The notes beneath the pieces are model-generated. The model did not search any database and had not been told where the DNA came from. It saw nothing but the letters and a program-made list of their open reading frames with translations. A program made the position numbers and the translations under genes. From assembly GCA_977020255.1 (NCBI GenBank), contig CDROCS010005899.1, positions 1-64,000 of the forward strand: a stretch of DNA of 64,000 bases, in the 5' to 3' direction. This document shows positions 21,965-32,501 of the stretch, piece by piece. This DNA is from Obrimoposthia wandeli. Its lineage: Eukaryota. The first letter of the stretch is position 1. Each line of letters begins with the position of its first letter.

Positions 21965-22717
21965 TTATTTTAGGCCGTAGCGACTGCGAATTACATCCAG
22001 TTCACTAGCATGACTAACTAAAAACGCATTAAACTTATCAATTAATTTAGGATATTTAATGCTAGAAAGGTGATAAGCGTATTTAAAGGGAGGGTAATCA
22101 GAAAGTCTTATTAAAGACTTATCTGGATACATTTTTTTCATTAAGTCCCGCGCCACGCTTTCATTAAAATATACTCCCTGTACCCTGTTTGAAATGAGCA
22201 TATGTATAAGCTGCTCTACCTCTCTTGTTTTTACCGTTTCAAACTCGTGGTTAGCAACAGATTTAGCAATGCCGGGTATGCTAAAACCTAAAATTGTGCC
22301 CACCTTTTTAATGTCTTTTTTAGTAATGACAGAATCATCTTGTTTCAAAACAAGTAATGACTCGGTAATGCCCAAAACAGCCTCGCTGTAGTTCACCTTT
22401 ACGGTGGCGGTGAGTGATGCGGACCATAGAGGGTTGTCAGGGAACTTTAATTCAACATTACCTTTCACAAACTCATTGAATAGCCGAGGAACTGGCATGG
22501 GGACATAGTTGATTTTTAGTTGGCTAACTTCAGAGAATAAATCAAAGATCTCACGAGCAGCCCCTTGGAATTTCTGCTCATCATTAAGGTAGAAGTAGGG
22601 TGCATAATTAGTGTCTTCTACACCCAGCGTTAAAGCTTGGGCGGGTATATTAATCGTGGTAGCAAATGAAATGCTGATTAATATTGTTCGGAGTAAGCAC
22701 ATAATTAGGTTTCTCAT
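21965..22717 (-). CDS. Orphan periplasmic solute-binding protein (family 3-like)
   Basis: Signal peptide, LTLGVED..YAPY, PVPRL; no permease or ATPase nearby. Confidence 0.75.
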   Translation of the reverse strand: MRNLIMCLLRTILISISFATTINIPAQALTLGVEDTNYAPYFYLNDEQKFQGAAREIFDLFSEVSQLKINYVPMPVPRLFNEFVKGNVELKFPDNPLWSASLTATVKVNYSEAVLGITESLLVLKQDDSVITKKDIKKVGTILGFSIPGIAKSVANHEFETVKTREVEQLIHMLISNRVQGVYFNESVARDLMKKMYPDKSLIRLSDYPPFKYAYHLSSIKYPKLIDKFNAFLVSHASELDVIRSRYGLK

Positions 22718-22810
22718 TAAGACCTTCTAATCCTAGCAGAAAAACCTAACGACATGCTTTGTGAAATGACGACATTTTGCCTTTAAACGTATTTTACTGA
22801 TGCGAAAGAA

Positions 22811-24110
22811 TTAGTTAATGATGAGTTTGCCAGTACGAATGCGTTGAGGATGATCACCGACAGGAAAGCTAGCGACTTCTTTCGCTTCATCAAACGATAT
22901 CACCGAGACGCGATCTTGCTCGCTAACAGAGACATAGCAGTATTTTCCATCAGCACTCTCGGTAGACCAATAGGGCTTTGCACCTAACGGCGTATCAGAC
23001 AGCTGAATGGTTTTGTATTCAAAAGTTTCACGATCAACAATCGCCGCATAGCCCGACATGGTCGCGGCAACACATAACTTAGTGCCTTCACTATTAATCG
23101 CTAAACCATGATGGGCTGAGTTAAGTTGGTAATCACGAGTACTCATTGCCGCAATTTCGGCAGGAATCGGTAGGTCTACTTTACGGGTGATTTTTTGCTG
23201 CTCAACATCGTATTCAAAGAAGCCGTGGAAGAAAGAAACCTGCATATAAACAAACTTACCATCGGGAGCTATAGCCATTGGACGAACTGCGCTATCCACC
23301 CAAGGGAAGCCAAACTCTTCTAGCTTTTCGCCGATATCAACACGTTGTAAAACTTCATACGTATTAGCATCAACGATTTGGAAAACTCGCTCGCCTTTAA
23401 GCCAATCTAACCATGAGCTGGTAAAGGGCACGTACACTTTACCGATACTGGCGTGGAAAATACGCTGGCCATCTTCTGAATAGGTATTTTCGTGGGGTTG
23501 ATCACCAGAATCAAACTCATTAATAATCTTGCCGGTCGCAGTATCAATCGCGTGCACTTTACCTGCGGTAGAGGCGGATACTAAAAACGTTTTACCGTCT
23601 GGAGAAATCGCCGAGTGGTCAGAACGAGACCCTTCAACCTGTGTGCGCCAAACAATCTCACCACTGTTCACATCCAGCGCGACGACATCGGCAAAACTTG
23701 GGCGTGAAATAAATAGATGGCGGCCATCGTTCGAAGGAAACATGTCATCAACCATCTGATGATTGCCTTCGCCGATTACTTCTTTAATAAACGTCGAAAC
23801 GATACGACGCTTAATGCTGCTGGTGAGTTCTTCTAAACGTTCTTCTTTATCCGGTACGGCATTGAGTTTTTTAATGCGCTGGTGAGTGTGTGGGTCATAG
23901 ATATCAATGGTGCCATCCCAGTTGTTTCCACTACGATCACGTCGCGCAGATCAGTCTGAGGGTATTTATCCTTTTGAGTGACCATCGGCGAGTCACTGCA
24001 TCCGTTATTGAGAATTAACGGCGGCAGTAGGTGACCTTTGCGAACGTACTAGTAGAAAGCAGAATGCCAAGCGCAATGGCCGTCTTTTTTATATTGCTGA
24101 ATAGCCATCT
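22811..24110 (-). pseudogene. YncE-like beta-propeller exported protein, frameshifted
   Basis: Intact 314-aa C-terminal part; upstream frames give DLRDVIVV | [12 protein letters not shown] joined by a 1-nt frameshift near 23930, and a signal-peptide-like IKKTAIALGILLSTSTFA in a third frame. Confidence 0.75.
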
Positions 24111-24264
24111 GTGTACCTTGTCTTTATCACTCCCATTTACATTGATAGGTGTCATTGTCATTTTTAGCGTTGTTTTTATTCGTAGATGGAGCTACTTTAA
24201 CAAGATGCCTGAGGCATTACAGTGGCTTATAAAGACAGATAAATTGACTATGGAAACCACTATG

Positions 24265-24835
24265 TTAATAAAGTTCATGCATCGGGCATAATATAAATTT
24301 GATGACATTATTTACTTGGTGTGATTCACTTATACCAGTTTTACACCAAATAGCAAAATGCTCACAATTATTGGAAGTAAAGTTATATTGCTTTTCATTA
24401 AGTTTAGATTTAGCTCTTTTTATTGTTTCAGATGGTGAATGTATCGTGTAGTTCTGGTTCTTAAAATGTTTCCGAAAAATCGTACAGCAATGCAGAACTA
24501 GTTGCTGAAAAGGGTACTGAAGTAGGCTCACCATATTTACTTGGGAAAACTAGTACGGAGTACTTTTCTGACCCTCTGAGGAATCTTTTTAATGATGTGG
24601 ATTGAATAAAATTATCACCAATGTCGGAATCGATTTCGATGTATCGTGAATAACTTCTTTTTTATTTATATATACACCAAAATGAGAATATATCCCGCGC
24701 GAATCACTGATTATATCTCCCCTTTCAACCCCTTCTTTCTTTTTCTTTTCTATATTTTCCGATTTTAACGTTTTTTCCTTGAGCTTCTTTTCAATGACAT
24801 GTCCCGGAATTCCATAAGTAATCTAAATTCCCCAT
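24265..24835 (-). pseudogene. LRAT/NC-domain (papain-like NlpC/P60) protein, frameshifted
   Basis: GDIISDSRGIYSHFGVYINKKEVIH (H-box), DSDIGDNFIQSTSLKRFL and YNFTSNNCEHFAIWCKTG (NC motif) lie in three different frames; AT-rich. Confidence 0.8.
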
Positions 24836-24870
24836 AATGTTTTCCTTTTTTATATCGTTAATGTTTAAAT

Positions 24871-26055
24871 TTACATGAATAACCCTAAGATTTCATTCAA
24901 AAATAAACTGCCTTTGGCGGACGTTTTGATTTGCTCGCTGCCGTCTTCTAGTACGTTTTTTTCGAGCAGGCCCTTTGCAATGGCGCTATCGATGCCACTA
25001 GCGATGGTCGATAACGGAAAACCTGTTCTTTGTTCAAACAGATTCAAATCAAAGCCTTGTTGTAAGCGTAAGGCGTTCATCAAAAACTCTAAGCCTATGT
25101 CTTCGTTCTGAATTGACTCTTTGCCTGCTAGGAAATTTTTAGAGGCATCTGTTGCTGCATTGAGAAAGTCTTTTGGCGCACGGGTTTTCCATGTTCTGAA
25201 AACAGGAGAAGCCGTGAGACTTTCTGGTGCATTAACCAGATCAGTCACTTTACCGTGAGCGCCAGCCCCAATACCCAGATAATCACCAAACTGCCAATAG
25301 TTTAAATTATGTGTCGCTTGCTTACCTGCTTGTGCGTAAGCCGACACTTCATATTGCACAAAACCATGTTCAGCTAGCAGCGCTTGCCCAGCTTCTTGAA
25401 TATCCCAAAGCGTTTCGTCTTCGGGTAAAACAGGCGGACGTTTAAAGAATTCAGTATTTGGTTCAATCGTTAGTTGGTACCAAGATAAATGAGTTGGGCC
25501 AAGATCGATCGCTTGCTGAATATCGGCCAAGGCTTGTGCTTGAGATTGATCGGGTAAACCGTGCATTAAATCGATATTGAAATTATCGAAGCCTGCTTCT
25601 TTTGCCATCTTAATCGCGGCAACCGCTTGCTGACCATCGTGAATACGCCCCAAGTGTTTTAGCTGGTGATCAGCAAAACTTTGTACACCAATAGAAAGGC
25701 GGTTAATGCCTAGTTTACGATAGCCGGCAAATTTAACTGCTTCAAAAGTACCCGGATTCGCTTCCATTGTAATTTCGATGTCTTTAACAAACGTTACTTT
25801 TTCTTGTAAGCCTGCCAATAAATTCTTATAGGCTTCGACGCTTAATAACGAAGGTGTGCCACCACCGATAAAAATGGTTTTAATCTCACGGCCTTGTACC
25901 CAAGGAAGGTCTGCTTCTAAATCGTCTAATAGCGCCTGCACGTATTCTGTCTCTGGAACGTGCTCTTCAGCCTTATGAGAGTTGAAGTCACAATAAGGGC
26001 ACTTACGCACGCACCAAGGCACGTGAATATAGAGAGATAACGGAGGCAGCTTCAT
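24871..26055 (-). CDS. hemW: Radical SAM heme chaperone HemW
   Basis: LSLYIHVPWCVRKCPYCDFNSH CxxxCxxC, GGGTPS, EANP, NYWQFGDYLGIGAGAHGK. Confidence 0.95.
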   Translation of the reverse strand: MKLPPLSLYIHVPWCVRKCPYCDFNSHKAEEHVPETEYVQALLDDLEADLPWVQGREIKTIFIGGGTPSLLSVEAYKNLLAGLQEKVTFVKDIEITMEANPGTFEAVKFAGYRKLGINRLSIGVQSFADHQLKHLGRIHDGQQAVAAIKMAKEAGFDNFNIDLMHGLPDQSQAQALADIQQAIDLGPTHLSWYQLTIEPNTEFFKRPPVLPEDETLWDIQEAGQALLAEHGFVQYEVSAYAQAGKQATHNLNYWQFGDYLGIGAGAHGKVTDLVNAPESLTASPVFRTWKTRAPKDFLNAATDASKNFLAGKESIQNEDIGLEFLMNALRLQQGFDLNLFEQRTGFPLSTIASGIDSAIAKGLLEKNVLEDGSEQIKTSAKGSLFLNEILGLFM

Positions 26056-28016
26056 TATTCAGCCGCTTCCATTTCTTCGCTCAGTTCCATCCATTCCATT
26101 TCGACTTCTTCTAATTCGCTTTTTGCGTCACCTTGCTGCTGCAGTACTTTTTGCAAATCCGCTTTACGCGCCGCTTCATAAAGTGTGGTATCGGCCAGTT
26201 GGTTTTCATTCTCTTCCAACAAGCTTTGTAATTTTTCCATACGCGTTTCGAGCTTGGTTAACTCTTTACGCATGGGTGCTAAACGGGCTCGACGCTCAGC
26301 GTCTAAACGCTTTTGTTCTTTGCGATCTTGCGCGCCCATACCGGCGCTTTTATTCGCGGAAGCGACCGTATTAACGTTGTCGGCAGAGTTAGGATTACTG
26401 GCTAATTGGCCGGTTCCCGAAACAGAATTACTACCTGCTTGTTTCGCTTGTACGTGCTTATGATAATCGTGCAGATCGCCATCGAACATGGCGACCTTGC
26501 CATCTTCAACCAACCAATATTCATCCACCGTCGCTTTTAATAAGTGACGGTCGTGACTCACAAGAACGATAGCGCCACCAAATGTTTGCAGCGCCATGGT
26601 TAATGCTTCACGCATTTCAATATCAAGGTGGTTGGTCGGCTCATCCATAATCAATAGATTCGGTTTTTGCCACGCGACTAACGCCAAGGCTAAGCGAGCT
26701 TTTTCACCACCAGAAAATGGTTCACAAACTTCCAGTGCTTTTTCGCCACGGAAATCAAAACCGCCTAAAAAGCTACGCGCTTCTTGTTCGGTTACTTGTG
26801 GTGATAAACGCTGAATCATTAACATCGGGCTGGCTTTAACATCTAACGACTCAAGCTGATGCTGGGCGTAATAACCAATTTTTAAATGCTCACCTTCATG
26901 ACGCTTGCCCGAAAGTTGCGGCAGCTCTTCACATAAGGTTTTAATTAACGTCGACTTACCCGCGCCGTTTGCGCCCAATAAACCAATGCGATGGCCAGGC
27001 ACTAAAGATACGTGCTGATTTTTTAAAATGGCTACCGCTTCGCCACCGGGCTTTGCAGGGTAGCCAATGTCGGCATCTTCAAGACTCAATAACGGCGTAG
27101 AAACTTTATCGTGACAGGCAAAGTTAAACTTAAACGGTGAATCAACATGCGCCGGCGCAATTAACTCCATACGTTCTAATTCTTTTACGCGGCTTTGCGC
27201 TTGCTTGGCTTTACTCGCTTTGGCTTTAAAGCGGGTAACAAATTTTTCAATCTCAGCGATACGGACTTGCTGCTTCTCGTGCATCACTTGCTGTTGCGAT
27301 AAACGTTCAGCGCGGATGCGTTCGTAAGCGCTGTAGTTGCCCGGATAGCTGGTTAACGTGCATTGATTTAAATGCACAATATGGTCAGCCACACCGTCGA
27401 TAAAATCGCGATCGTGAGAGATGAATACCAGCGTGCCTTGATATTTATTCAGCCATTGCTCTAACCAAACCGTGGCATCTAAATCTAAGTGGTTGGTTGG
27501 CTCATCGAGTAATAATAAATCGGAGGGTGTCATCAAGGCTTGGGCAAGGTTCAAACGAATACGCCAGCCGCCCGAGAAGCCTGATACCGGCTTAGCCATG
27601 TCGCTTTGCTTAAAGCCTAAACCGTGTAAAAGCTGCTCGGCCTGAACTTTAATATTGTAACCCGCATGCAGATCCATCTTGCCGTGCCATTCGGCCAGCT
27701 CATTATCACAGGTAGTGGTATTAATGCCGTGCTCGATTTCGCGATAGGTTTTATCACCATCAATCACATAATCGACGGCGCTGCGCTCACTGGCTTCAAC
27801 TTCTTGCGCCATGTGGGCAATACGCCAGCCTGATGGGTAATATAAATCGCCGTTATCAACCACAAGCTCACCTAAAAGCAGAGCAAATAAGCTAGACTTA
27901 CCTGCGCCGTTCGGACCAATAAGGGCGAGTTTTTGACCATCATGAATACGCAAATCTGCCTTTTCTAGCAGAGGCTTGATACCACGTTGCAATGAAACCT
28001 GATTAAATTCGATCAT
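26055..28016 (-). CDS. yheS: ABC-F family ATPase (YheS-like)
   Basis: Two ABC cassettes (GPNGAGKSS, FSGGWRIR, LLLDEPTNHLD; GANGAGKST, FSGGEKAR), no TM segments, C-terminal coiled coil. Confidence 0.9.
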   Translation of the reverse strand: MIEFNQVSLQRGIKPLLEKADLRIHDGQKLALIGPNGAGKSSLFALLLGELVVDNGDLYYPSGWRIAHMAQEVEASERSAVDYVIDGDKTYREIEHGINTTTCDNELAEWHGKMDLHAGYNIKVQAEQLLHGLGFKQSDMAKPVSGFSGGWRIRLNLAQALMTPSDLLLLDEPTNHLDLDATVWLEQWLNKYQGTLVFISHDRDFIDGVADHIVHLNQCTLTSYPGNYSAYERIRAERLSQQQVMHEKQQVRIAEIEKFVTRFKAKASKAKQAQSRVKELERMELIAPAHVDSPFKFNFACHDKVSTPLLSLEDADIGYPAKPGGEAVAILKNQHVSLVPGHRIGLLGANGAGKSTLIKTLCEELPQLSGKRHEGEHLKIGYYAQHQLESLDVKASPMLMIQRLSPQVTEQEARSFLGGFDFRGEKALEVCEPFSGGEKARLALALVAWQKPNLLIMDEPTNHLDIEMREALTMALQTFGGAIVLVSHDRHLLKATVDEYWLVEDGKVAMFDGDLHDYHKHVQAKQAGSNSVSGTGQLASNPNSADNVNTVASANKSAGMGAQDRKEQKRLDAERRARLAPMRKELTKLETRMEKLQSLLEENENQLADTTLYEAARKADLQKVLQQQGDAKSELEEVEMEWMELSEEMEAAE

Positions 28017-28054
28017 AGTCTTTTAGAATACTTTTTTAACAGAGGTGTAGCACT

Positions 28055-28612
28055 TTGGCTGATTCACAAAATGGCTTAGACACGGGCTTAAATATAGACG
28101 CGCAGTTTGCCACAAATTCGGCTGAAAACCCACTCAGTGAGCATCTAGAAAACAGCCTCGACAACGGCCTGTGGCAGTACGCGTGTCAGGTTTACTCGCA
28201 GGCAGGTGTGGAAGCGGCGTTGTTGGCTTTGCAGGATGAGCATGGGGCGGATATTAATCTAATTCTGCAAGCGCTGTGGTTAGCAAGTGAAGGCCGAGCG
28301 TGGACTGAAGCCTGTATTCCCGCAGATTATGATCAGTGGATTGCAGAACAAGTACTGCCGCTGCGCAAGATGCGTCGCAGTTTGAAAGTAGATTGGCCAG
28401 AGCAGGAAGGCTTTCGTCAGCAGGTTAAGAAGCTGGAGCTTAAGGCTGAGCAGTATGCGTTGGGGATGTTGTTCACAACTTCAAAGAGCGTTATACATGA
28501 CCAGATCGTATGCAAAAATGAGACGGCATTGAAGCATAACCTAGCGCTGCTTAGTCAATTTTTAAAACTGAAGGAATGCCTGCTTGTTAATAAATTTGAA
28601 TGTCTTGCTTGA
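28055..28612 (+). CDS. TIGR02444 / DUF2390 family protein
   Basis: LWQYACQVYSQAGVEAALLALQDEHGADINLIL, VLPLRKMRR, ELKAE. Confidence 0.85.
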   Translation: MADSQNGLDTGLNIDAQFATNSAENPLSEHLENSLDNGLWQYACQVYSQAGVEAALLALQDEHGADINLILQALWLASEGRAWTEACIPADYDQWIAEQVLPLRKMRRSLKVDWPEQEGFRQQVKKLELKAEQYALGMLFTTSKSVIHDQIVCKNETALKHNLALLSQFLKLKECLLVNKFECLA

Positions 28613-28616
28613 GTCT

Positions 28617-28931
28617 TTATAATTCGGCAATTTGCTGCAACGTCTCAGGATGACTTTGGACTAATTTCAATAAGGTAGTCGCTTGGCCATTAGGCGTGCT
28701 ACGTCCTTGCTCCCAGCTTTCAAGAGTTCTTGAAGAAGTATGCAGGTATTTTGCAAAGACACCACGAGACATTTTGAAAGTTTCGCGAATGCTTATAATT
28801 TCAGTGGGTGAAAGTTGAAAGTCTTTAATAGCATCAGCCTTGATGGTACGAAGGGTTAACTTGCCTTCTGAGTGCTGCTTGGCTTCTACTAATGAAGAAG
28901 ATAGCTCTTCAAATAAATTACGTTTGTTCAT
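28617..28931 (-). CDS. HigA/NadS-like XRE HTH antitoxin
   Basis: LFEELSSSL N-terminus, IRETFKMSRGVFAKYL, TLESWEQGRSTP. Confidence 0.88.
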   Translation of the reverse strand: MNKRNLFEELSSSLVEAKQHSEGKLTLRTIKADAIKDFQLSPTEIISIRETFKMSRGVFAKYLHTSSRTLESWEQGRSTPNGQATTLLKLVQSHPETLQQIAEL

Positions 28932-29250
28932 CTACCCAAATCTCCATAAAAAGTTTCAAGTGTTTTTTATCTTGCATGGTTAAATCAGTCATTTCATTTT
29001 TGGCATAAACGGTAAGCAAGTAAAAGCGGTTAAAGGCATCAAGGTAATAATAAATAATTCGCACTCCACTTCGCTTGCCAGAACCTTTTGAAGCAGAACG
29101 AATCTTACGTAATCCGCCCGTGCCTTGAATTACATCCCCCTTAGTTGGGGTGACTAGCAGCTCCGTTTGTAACTGGCGATATTCATCATCCGATAAATAA
29201 TCAGCTCGGTATTTACTAAAAATCGATGATTCAACGAATATTGCCTTCAT
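28918..29250 (-). CDS. RelE/ParE-family toxin (HigB2-like), toxin-first TA
   Basis: FVES..F, GDVIQGTGGLRKIR, GKRSGVRIIYY, LLTVYAKNE; overlaps the antitoxin. Confidence 0.88.
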   Translation of the reverse strand: MKAIFVESSIFSKYRADYLSDDEYRQLQTELLVTPTKGDVIQGTGGLRKIRSASKGSGKRSGVRIIYYYLDAFNRFYLLTVYAKNEMTDLTMQDKKHLKLFMEIWVDEQT

Positions 29251-29285
29251 TTTAAAAGTGTACGTAGATTACGTATAGAAATCAA
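29251..29285 (-). promoter_or_regulatory. Sigma70 promoter with palindromic operator in the spacer; apparently leaderless transcript
   Basis: Minus strand TTGATT (29285-29280), 17-nt spacer, TACACT (29262-29257), 6 nt, ATG (29250); TACGTA-GAT-TACGTA at 29261-29275. Confidence 0.7.
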
Positions 29286-29339
29286 CCTCGATGAAGCTGA
29301 CTATATTGACACTTTTTAGCGTTGTTATTACACAGTTAA

Positions 29340-30200
29340 TTAACCGGCCGTATGACTACGTACCTGATCGGCCTTAGCAGAAATAGGTTTGGATAGAACG
29401 CGCAAATCAACAAGATTTCTGGAAGACAATAATTCAGAAGGTTTTACACTGCCCAATTCTTTAAAGATTCTAGAGAAGTGCGAGTAGTCTGAAAATCCAG
29501 CTTCAACTACCGCATCGGTTAACGACATGCCGTTATCCAAATTTAATAAAGTAACGAATATCCGATGACACAGTCTGAAACGTCGAATGGGTATGCCTGT
29601 TACTTGTTTGAACAGTTGGATTAATCTTGGTGCTGATAATTCTACTGCGCTGGCAATTTCATCGATAGAAACATTTCTAGCATAATCTTTTGTGATCAAC
29701 GCGATCGCCATTGAAATTCTGGCATCGGGAATGAATAAGTTTCCAGCGCTTGAATTTTCGATCCAATCATCTAAGCGCTCAAATACATCTTCTGCAGAAG
29801 GTCGGTGCTTGAATATTTCACTGGCTTGTTCAATCACGGCGAGTTCGTTGGGTATACCGCTGTAGCAAGTGCTGCTATCGTCGATATGAACGCACTGCTG
29901 CATGCTCGGAATTAATTTCGCTAAGTCGGTGCCCAGAGTATCTAAAAAACATAAGGCAATAATTGAGTCGTTGGTATCAACTGTTACATGCGAGCCAGCA
30001 GGAATTAAAAAACTTTTACTGACATAGTTCTGGCCACTATTGTTGTCTATCAGGCCAAGCTCTTTATCAATGGAGATAATGAGTGTTGTTAAGCTATTTG
30101 ACTGCTCTAATAATCTTTTTAACGGTCCGACGTACATCGTACGTTTACCCGATAAATAGACTAAAGATTTGAAGATAGGAATTGCACTATTTTGATTCAA
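29340..30200 (-). CDS. AraC-family transcriptional regulator
   Basis: C-terminal double HTH: IASAVELSAPRLIQLFKQVTGIPIRRFR, AGFSDYSHFSRIFK. Confidence 0.88.
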   Translation of the reverse strand: MNQNSAIPIFKSLVYLSGKRTMYVGPLKRLLEQSNSLTTLIISIDKELGLIDNNSGQNYVSKSFLIPAGSHVTVDTNDSIIALCFLDTLGTDLAKLIPSMQQCVHIDDSSTCYSGIPNELAVIEQASEIFKHRPSAEDVFERLDDWIENSSAGNLFIPDARISMAIALITKDYARNVSIDEIASAVELSAPRLIQLFKQVTGIPIRRFRLCHRIFVTLLNLDNGMSLTDAVVEAGFSDYSHFSRIFKELGSVKPSELLSSRNLVDLRVLSKPISAKADQVRSHTAG

Positions 30201-30235
30201 AATAACTCCTTCTCAACATAATAAAATTCACTTAG

Positions 30236-31306
30236 CTATACCTTGGTATTACGTTCAAGACTGCGAACGCGTATTTGTTCTAATGAATCAAAAAGTGATG
30301 CGCGCAGAGCATCGACCTGCATGTTAAGTTCGTCTTTTGCCAGACCTTGGCTATTTAGTATATTGGTGCGCTGAGTTAGATAAGCATCAATTCTAGCTTT
30401 CCATTGGGCGCGTTGAAGGTCTAGTTCGTCGAACCGCTGAACAGCTTCGTCACCCAACATTTCTCGGCGTAATTCGCGCACCTGTTGTTGATCGCCACCC
30501 TCTGCGAGCACTTTTTCTGTTCTTATTTTGAGTTCATCAGTAATTTGAGTTTCTCTCATGCTTTGCCTAACGTCTTCGGGCAACATATTTTGAAACTCAA
30601 TGACTTTATCTAAACGTTCGCTGGCCGAAAGTGACTTATCGGAGTTCACTAATAATTTTGAATAAGTGTATTCGTCGTAGCGTTGTTCTTCTTCATAAAA
30701 AGCTTCGTAAACCGCAAGGTCCAAGTGCTGCACCCTTAGTGCATTGCGTTGATCCATTTGCTTGCGAAGGAAATTAAGATAGCCGCCGTTTACTTTATCT
30801 TGCTGACTCATATTGGCTAAATCTGTAGACATTTCTTGTTCAAGCGCTAACAGTGAATATTTAAATTCTACGTACTGTGCCAGTATCGCTTTAGATTCAC
30901 TCAATGCAGGTTCCTGTAAATAGTGAGTTAAATATTCGTCGATACGCGAAAGAATGGTAGCCAAATCTTCTTCAGATATTGTCGAAAGAAAATAATCAAA
31001 CAAGTCTTTAATGTCGGTGGATATTATGAGATGACCGTCTTTATCAACTTGCAGTGCGTTATCGAGGGTAGTGCCTCTCAGAGAATCAGGTAATCCTCCA
31101 TATTTAGAGTCATAACCTAGTATTCGCTGTGTCGAATTCAATTCTGAATTATTTGATGTGGATTCTAACGATGGTAAATGCTTATTGTTCTCTGCTGCAT
31201 TGATGGTTGTGGATTCTTCAATATTAAAAATAATAAAAGAAACTGTCATGACCGCAACAATTGATAAAGTAAGTAGCTGGGCTGTTGTTATTGTTTTTAC
31301 GTTCAT
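30236..31306 (-). CDS. Lipase-specific foldase (Lif)
   Basis: N-terminal TM anchor, LPDSLRGT, DLFDYFLS, AFYEEE; directly downstream of the lipase. Confidence 0.88.
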   Translation of the reverse strand: MNVKTITTAQLLTLSIVAVMTVSFIIFNIEESTTINAAENNKHLPSLESTSNNSELNSTQRILGYDSKYGGLPDSLRGTTLDNALQVDKDGHLIISTDIKDLFDYFLSTISEEDLATILSRIDEYLTHYLQEPALSESKAILAQYVEFKYSLLALEQEMSTDLANMSQQDKVNGGYLNFLRKQMDQRNALRVQHLDLAVYEAFYEEEQRYDEYTYSKLLVNSDKSLSASERLDKVIEFQNMLPEDVRQSMRETQITDELKIRTEKVLAEGGDQQQVRELRREMLGDEAVQRFDELDLQRAQWKARIDAYLTQRTNILNSQGLAKDELNMQVDALRASLFDSLEQIRVRSLERNTKV

Positions 31307-31362
31307 TCGATAGCCTCAAAATACCATGAAGATGGGTAACTTTTTTTTATTAAATGCAGAAA

Positions 31363-31387
31363 GCGGCATTAGCTTTCGCTATGCCGC
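31363..31387 (-). terminator. Intercistronic hairpin between lipase and foldase
   Basis: GCGGCAT-TAGC-TTTC-GCT-ATGCCGC, followed by TTTCT on the minus strand. Confidence 0.5.
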
Positions 31388-31418
31388 CAGTGCTTCCAAA
31401 CAGTACTTAGTAAAATAG

Positions 31419-32369
31419 TTATAGACCTGCAGATTTAAGTCTTTTCGCTTGGTTTTTATACAGCGTTAGCGGATCCGTTTCGAACAAATGATGGATACCA
31501 AAAATATGGTTGATGGCATCGACATGGTTCATGTTGTAAGTCGTTCCAATTACGTCACCCCAATGTTGATCGCAACGCTCAACCAAACCATCGTTGTTAC
31601 CATTAATCACTTGACCGGTGAAGAATAAAAAAGCATCCGCAATATCTAAAGCATTGGTCCATGAAGCATCGCCACCCCAAGAGTAATAACGAACACCATT
31701 TACTTCTGCAGCACCTTCGCCACATCGTGAAGTTGGCTGACCGTCTGGGAAGGCCGCATTGAATGTATTAGAACGAGCTGTCGTCATAAATAAAGCGGCA
31801 TCGAGAGCATTGTTGGCATACTCTGGATTACCCGATAAAGCGTCAGTGATGTTACCCATCAGGCTTAAAGCGGTATCGATAAACTGAGCAGCGCCGCCAT
31901 CGACAGGTACAATACCAAAGGCTACATCAGCAACATCTGAACCAAAGTTCACAGCATTTACTGTCGAAACAGATGCAACCAGATCGGGGCGAACACCCGC
32001 GGCATAACGAATCGTAGGTCCGCCTAAGCTATGGCCGATTAGGTTGAATTTTTGTGCGCCGGTAGAAGCTCGTAAATCTTCTAGTGTTTCTACTAATTGC
32101 TCTCCACGAACATAAGCATCTTCCCATGCGGTAATATTCGGTGCGTATACTTTAGCGCCTTTTGCTTCTAAAGCATTACGTACGCCATAGAAATAATCGA
32201 TACCAAAAATGCTATTAAAACCGGCAACACCATGAACTAGAACGATCGGATACTTGGTATTGTAAGCGTCACAATTACTCCAGCATATTGCTTGTGCTTG
32301 TACGCTAATAAGAGAGGTGACACACAGTAATGCCCAGGCTAGATAATTTTTAAATTTAGATTTAATCAT
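31419..32369 (-). CDS. Secreted family I.1/I.2 triacylglycerol lipase
   Basis: Signal peptide, TKYPIVLVHG, nucleophile GHSLGG, NDGLV (Asp), MNHVDAINH (His). Confidence 0.92.
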   Translation of the reverse strand: MIKSKFKNYLAWALLCVTSLISVQAQAICWSNCDAYNTKYPIVLVHGVAGFNSIFGIDYFYGVRNALEAKGAKVYAPNITAWEDAYVRGEQLVETLEDLRASTGAQKFNLIGHSLGGPTIRYAAGVRPDLVASVSTVNAVNFGSDVADVAFGIVPVDGGAAQFIDTALSLMGNITDALSGNPEYANNALDAALFMTTARSNTFNAAFPDGQPTSRCGEGAAEVNGVRYYSWGGDASWTNALDIADAFLFFTGQVINGNNDGLVERCDQHWGDVIGTTYNMNHVDAINHIFGIHHLFETDPLTLYKNQAKRLKSAGL

Positions 32370-32501
32370 ATTTGCTACTCGTCATTATTTTTATTGTTAG
32401 TCGTTTTAGCAAAGCAACGTGGGTGCAATTGTGGCAGGGAGGCGATAAAATTTATCTTGTATTACCCAGCCATCATGAACCTAATAACTCATTCACTAAA
32501 C

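Noticed and set aside
24031-24291. 86-aa plus-strand hydrophobic ORF
   Set aside because: Antisense to the YncE signal-peptide region and the LRAT 3' end; no supporting signals
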